The translations under genes were made by a program, and so were the position numbers. From the IMG/VR virus record IMGVR_UViG_3300047159_000056, positions 143,397 to 207,396 of that record: DNA of 64,000 bases. The stretch is one strand, 5' to 3'. The notes beneath the pieces are model-generated. The model was not told the DNA's origin. It ran no database searches and worked only from the letters and a program-made list of their open reading frames with translations. This DNA is from a virus. Taxonomy: Duplodnaviria; Caudoviricetes. Below, in pieces: positions 60,450 through 64,000 of this stretch; positions within the stretch are counted from its first letter, which is position 1, and every line of letters starts with the position of its first letter.

Positions 60450-61096
60450 AATTAAGGTTTCAAACTATTTTATAGAGGAATTTTTGACTATTTTTTACCT
60501 CACAAATGTCTGTATCTAATGGAATACAAAAAATAGATATGGACAATTAATTTTAAGTCTATCTAATTTTACTTTAATTTAAATATTTATCTGATCTCCC
60601 CTCCCGAGAGGAGGAGATCAGGGCTTACGCAAATATTAATGTAAAGTAAAGATAAAGGGAAATAGATCTACATAGTCCCTTTCTTTAAATATAAAATATA
60701 GGCTGATCCCCGCCCAAGGGGGATCAGGCGTTGCTCTATTTAATATTAAAGAATCATACACTCTTTGGTCGTTCCTCCCAAAGAGCTCACAGAATCCTCC
60801 CTTCGGTCGTCTTCTGCTCATTCCAATGTAGAAATTTAATATAATCTTTTTTATATCCAAATAAAAAGATATATTTAAATTTGCATATATGAATGATTAA
60901 GCCTGTATAAATTGGGAAACTCCTAAGTGGTTAGGGTTATATTCAAGTTTAGAAAAGATTTTTGAGAGCCAATATACGACTGCGCCGCTTTTTTAAATTG
61001 TATATTTTTGGCCAATTCCTCCAATAAAGTCTACATTTTCTTTTGTGATTTGTATTTCAAACCCTTATATATGTAAGAAAAACAAATAGAAAAATT

Positions 61097-61591
61097 ATGA
61101 AAAAGATTATTATGATTTTGATGATGTTACTAGTGGGAGTATTAGGAACATCAGCCCAAAGAACATACCAGGGCATAAATGGTAGTTATGTATCAATTAT
61201 AAGTCAGTTTAAGAGAGCTGGCTTAGTAGTAGATAGGAGTAATAAGAAAAAGAACTGTACCGGGTTATATATACCTGGGAAAGATGATTTTTACTTAGTA
61301 GTTTGGAAAGGAGCTGGAGGAAAGATTATGTCCGTTGTGGAAATTTATAAGTTTGAATGTAGAGCTTATGGATTAATTAAGACAAATGAGATAGAGGATG
61401 AATTTAAGGCGCATGGGATGAAACCAAAGAGAGTAGTTAGAGGTGGTGAGCCTTATGATGTCTATAAAAGTAAGTTCAGAGGAGGAAATTATTGTAGTGT
61501 GACTGTTAGTTGGCCACAGAGTTTAAATAATCCTGATCCATTCAACGGTTATAATTATTTAGTAATGCAGTTTTTCTATCCAACTAGGTAA
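61097..61591 (+). CDS. Secreted/periplasmic protein, paralog 1
   Basis: SPI signal peptide ...GTSA|Q; shares KFRGGNY and FYP with its neighbour. Confidence 0.75.
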   Translation: MKKIIMILMMLLVGVLGTSAQRTYQGINGSYVSIISQFKRAGLVVDRSNKKKNCTGLYIPGKDDFYLVVWKGAGGKIMSVVEIYKFECRAYGLIKTNEIEDEFKAHGMKPKRVVRGGEPYDVYKSKFRGGNYCSVTVSWPQSLNNPDPFNGYNYLVMQFFYPTR

Positions 61592-61676
61592 ATAAAATTG
61601 AGGGGAGTGATGAAAAGTCTCTCCCTTTATTTTCATCTTAGAACCCTTATATATGTAAAATAAAAAAGGAAGAAAA

Positions 61677-62162
61677 ATGAAAAGATTTATTATTATTCTG
61701 ACTATGTTAATGGGAGTGTTAACAAGTCAGGCGCAGATTAAGTTGATTGGAATTGGAGACAGTTTCAATAGTATGGAGAGGTCTTACTATGCATGTGGTA
61801 TGGACCTTTACGAAAACACCAGGAGTTATAAGAGTTTTACTACTGGTGATGAGGTAGTTCTTATCTTGTACAAGGATGGACAAGGTGGGATAAAGAGAGT
61901 GACTGAAAGACATTACGCCATTAATAAGAAGGAGGCGTTAGAGGTTCAGTCAAATATATTCTATACCATGAGCAATCAAGGTTTAAATCTTAGATCTTAT
62001 AAGTGGATAAAAGAAGGAAAAGGATACAAGAGATTTTATAAGAACAAATATAGGGGAGGAAATTATGCTGACGTTTCAATAGGAGGGCCAGTAGATACGG
62101 GTCTCTCAGATGATGTCTTATACAATTATTATGTAGACTTATCTTTCTATCCATCAAAGTAG
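61677..62162 (+). CDS. Secreted/periplasmic protein, paralog 2
   Basis: SPI signal peptide ...TSQA|Q; KYRGGNY, FYP. Confidence 0.75.
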   Translation: MKRFIIILTMLMGVLTSQAQIKLIGIGDSFNSMERSYYACGMDLYENTRSYKSFTTGDEVVLILYKDGQGGIKRVTERHYAINKKEALEVQSNIFYTMSNQGLNLRSYKWIKEGKGYKRFYKNKYRGGNYADVSIGGPVDTGLSDDVLYNYYVDLSFYPSK

Positions 62163-62280
62163 GTCTAAAAGAGAAGGGGAAGGTGATATTTAGCCTTTCC
62201 TCTTTTTCCGTCTGAGAAGATGTTTATTTCCTTATATATGAAAGATAATAATGTCTTTCATGATTAAAATATAAATTAAT

Positions 62281-62568
62281 ATGAGTGAAATAAAAAATGA
62301 AGGTGGTTATACATATATTAAAGACCACGGTAATTGGTTTCAAGTAGATGATAATATAGATGTTGATAAAATAAAAGGTGGAGAAATATTTCTTTTAAAT
62401 GGTGATATTGTAAGAGCTGCTACTGTTTATATGAGTAATAGTTCTAATAATTGTTCTTTATGTGATAGAAAAGAATGTAAATTTTTATGTCCAAATAGAG
62501 TTCATTGGTATCGTCCTGGAAATATTTTCTTTACAACAATGGCAAAAAATGTAAATAGATTTATATAA
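62281..62568 (+). CDS. Small Cys-containing early protein
   Basis: Cassette gene; CSLC..C...C. Confidence 0.6.
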   Translation: MSEIKNEGGYTYIKDHGNWFQVDDNIDVDKIKGGEIFLLNGDIVRAATVYMSNSSNNCSLCDRKECKFLCPNRVHWYRPGNIFFTTMAKNVNRFI

Positions 62569-62569
62569 G

Positions 62570-62682
62570 ATTAGCTACAGCAATTAATATTTATAATTGA
62601 ATGCCGTAAAACCCACAGGTCTTTAGCCTGTGGGATGTAAGGCACTATCGGCAGGGACTGTCGATTACACCGATGGAGAGGA
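62570..62682 (+). mobile_element. IS200/IS605-like remnant (terminal hairpin plus tnpB 3'/omega-RNA-like fragment)
   Basis: CCCACAGG-tcttta-GCCTGTGGG hairpin; flanks read ATAINIY and LSAGTVDYTDGE, reminiscent of TnpB C-termini. Confidence 0.5.
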
Positions 62683-62891
62683 TAGATCGTGACGATTAGT
62701 CCTCTTTTTTTTCAACCCCGGGAAAACCTTATATATGGAAATTATTTTATAACAAAGTCAAATGTCGAGGAAAGGTGGACTGTGAAGTTAGTCTTTCCTC
62801 ATTTTTTTTTCGACCGTCTAGAACTACAATCTTACCCTTATTAATAGAGAGTGGTAATAGTGCCAATCTCTAATTTAAAAAAAAAAGAAAA

Positions 62892-63935
62892 ATGGAAGAA
62901 AGTAAGAACAAAATTTTCTTGGACACAATATATACTGCCCTGGAAAAAGATGAAACTGAAGATGAGTGCATGTTGGGATACACTTACTTTAAGGTGTTTG
63001 GGAAAAGTAGCATTTATTATTCTGTCTTAGTGAAAAAAGATGGAACTAGGGATTTACTGTTTCCTATGAAAAAAGACATGGATCCTCGAAAATTTAGCGA
63101 GGAGAAAAATAAAATTGTTCCCAGAGATATAGAGTCATTGATTGGCTGGGAAGAGAGAATAATAACCTCTACCAGCGCGTACTTTCTTTACTCTAAGGGA
63201 ATTTTAGCTATTCAGATTTCCCCTAATAAACTAAGAAGAGCATCCTATGTTGTGGCTAATAATGAAGAGGATGCAAATGAGATCTTAGATAATTCCGGAA
63301 TTGTTTGGATACATACAGATACTGAACCTAATATATGTCAGTACCTTGTGTATAATAAGAACATGATCAGATCTCACACTATTAATTTCGGAGATTTTGA
63401 TTATGATCCTAGTGGTTATAACAAGGATCTACCAGAGGATAGAATATGTGAGTTTGTTAAATCCGATAAAGAGGGTTTAGTTCTATTATACGGAAAGCCA
63501 GGAACAGGAAAGAGTACATTTATTAAGCACTTGATGAATTCTAACTCAGGTGTAAACTTTGTGCTCTTAGATTCTAGTTTCTTGGATCAGGTAAGTAATA
63601 ATGAACTAATTGCTTTTATGGAGAAACACAAAGGAGCTGTTTATGTTTTAGAGGATTGTGAGAAGGCATTACTTAGGAGAGAGAGGGGTGGACAGAATGT
63701 TAACACTGTCTTAAACTTAACTAATGGAATCTTAGGATCTTCATTTAGGACTAAGTTTATCTGTACATTTAACACAGATCTTAATAACTTAGATCAAGCG
63801 CTTCTCAGAAAAGGTAGGTTATTTCTGAAATATGAATTTACCAACCTAGGAAAGAGTGGAAAAACTATTTCTGAAATAAAGAATAGTGAAGAGAATGATT
63901 ATAGTAAAGAATCAGGAAAGAAAATTGGATTCTAG
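62892..63935 (+). CDS. AAA+ ATPase
   Basis: LLYGKPGTGKST, VLEDCE, TFN...LDQALLRKGR. Confidence 0.85.
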   Translation: MEESKNKIFLDTIYTALEKDETEDECMLGYTYFKVFGKSSIYYSVLVKKDGTRDLLFPMKKDMDPRKFSEEKNKIVPRDIESLIGWEERIITSTSAYFLYSKGILAIQISPNKLRRASYVVANNEEDANEILDNSGIVWIHTDTEPNICQYLVYNKNMIRSHTINFGDFDYDPSGYNKDLPEDRICEFVKSDKEGLVLLYGKPGTGKSTFIKHLMNSNSGVNFVLLDSSFLDQVSNNELIAFMEKHKGAVYVLEDCEKALLRRERGGQNVNTVLNLTNGILGSSFRTKFICTFNTDLNNLDQALLRKGRLFLKYEFTNLGKSGKTISEIKNSEENDYSKESGKKIGF

Positions 63936-63949
63936 ATAGGGGAACAAAA

Positions 63950-63990
63950 AAGAAGGAGAGATGTAAAATTCTCTCTTTCTTTTCTTTTTA
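63950..63990 (+). terminator. Intrinsic terminator, representative of those closing each cassette
   Basis: AAGAAGGAGAGA...TCTCTCTTTCTT followed by a U-tract; similar ones at 55085, 55357, 55965, 56250, 57403, 61600 and 62170. Confidence 0.7.
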
Positions 63991-64000
63991 TTTTTCAATA

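Noticed and set aside
1-64000. Diversity-generating retroelement, integrase or RNA polymerase
   Set aside because: No reverse transcriptase, adenine-specific repeat pair, recombinase or RNAP motif was recognised in this window.

Overview
This window is part of a large, AT-rich (roughly 30% GC by eye) lytic myovirus genome with T4-like gene content. The host is most likely a Bacteroidota: leaders are A-rich with no Shine-Dalgarno, promoters resemble the TAnnTTTG -7 box, and two signal peptides have Gln at +1. Positions 1-37.4 kb form one leftward virion operon: a giant repeat protein, tail sheath, major capsid, scaffold, prohead protease, portal and terminase. About 30 small genes are interspersed in it, and their products share an N-terminal leader ending in [KR]-x-[FY]-[S/T/G/A/N]. 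The same motif recurs inside the scaffold, protease and capsid proteins, which suggests one protease-coupled system for packaging and maturing a large set of membrane-active internal proteins. The operon also holds five copies of a covarying three-way-junction RNA element and two paralogous genes interrupted by poly-G tracts. Positions 37.7-54.8 kb encode ClpP, a phosphoesterase, a RusA fusion, helicases, primase, DHFR and ThyA, plus a canonical type III hammerhead ribozyme. Positions 54.9-64 kb are mostly rightward modular cassettes (bipartite promoter, leader hairpin, short ORF or ncRNA, terminator). Several genes carry frameshifts that look like insertion errors in the assembly, so frameshift-based claims need checking against reads. 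All product calls come from motif recognition by eye; no database search was run.
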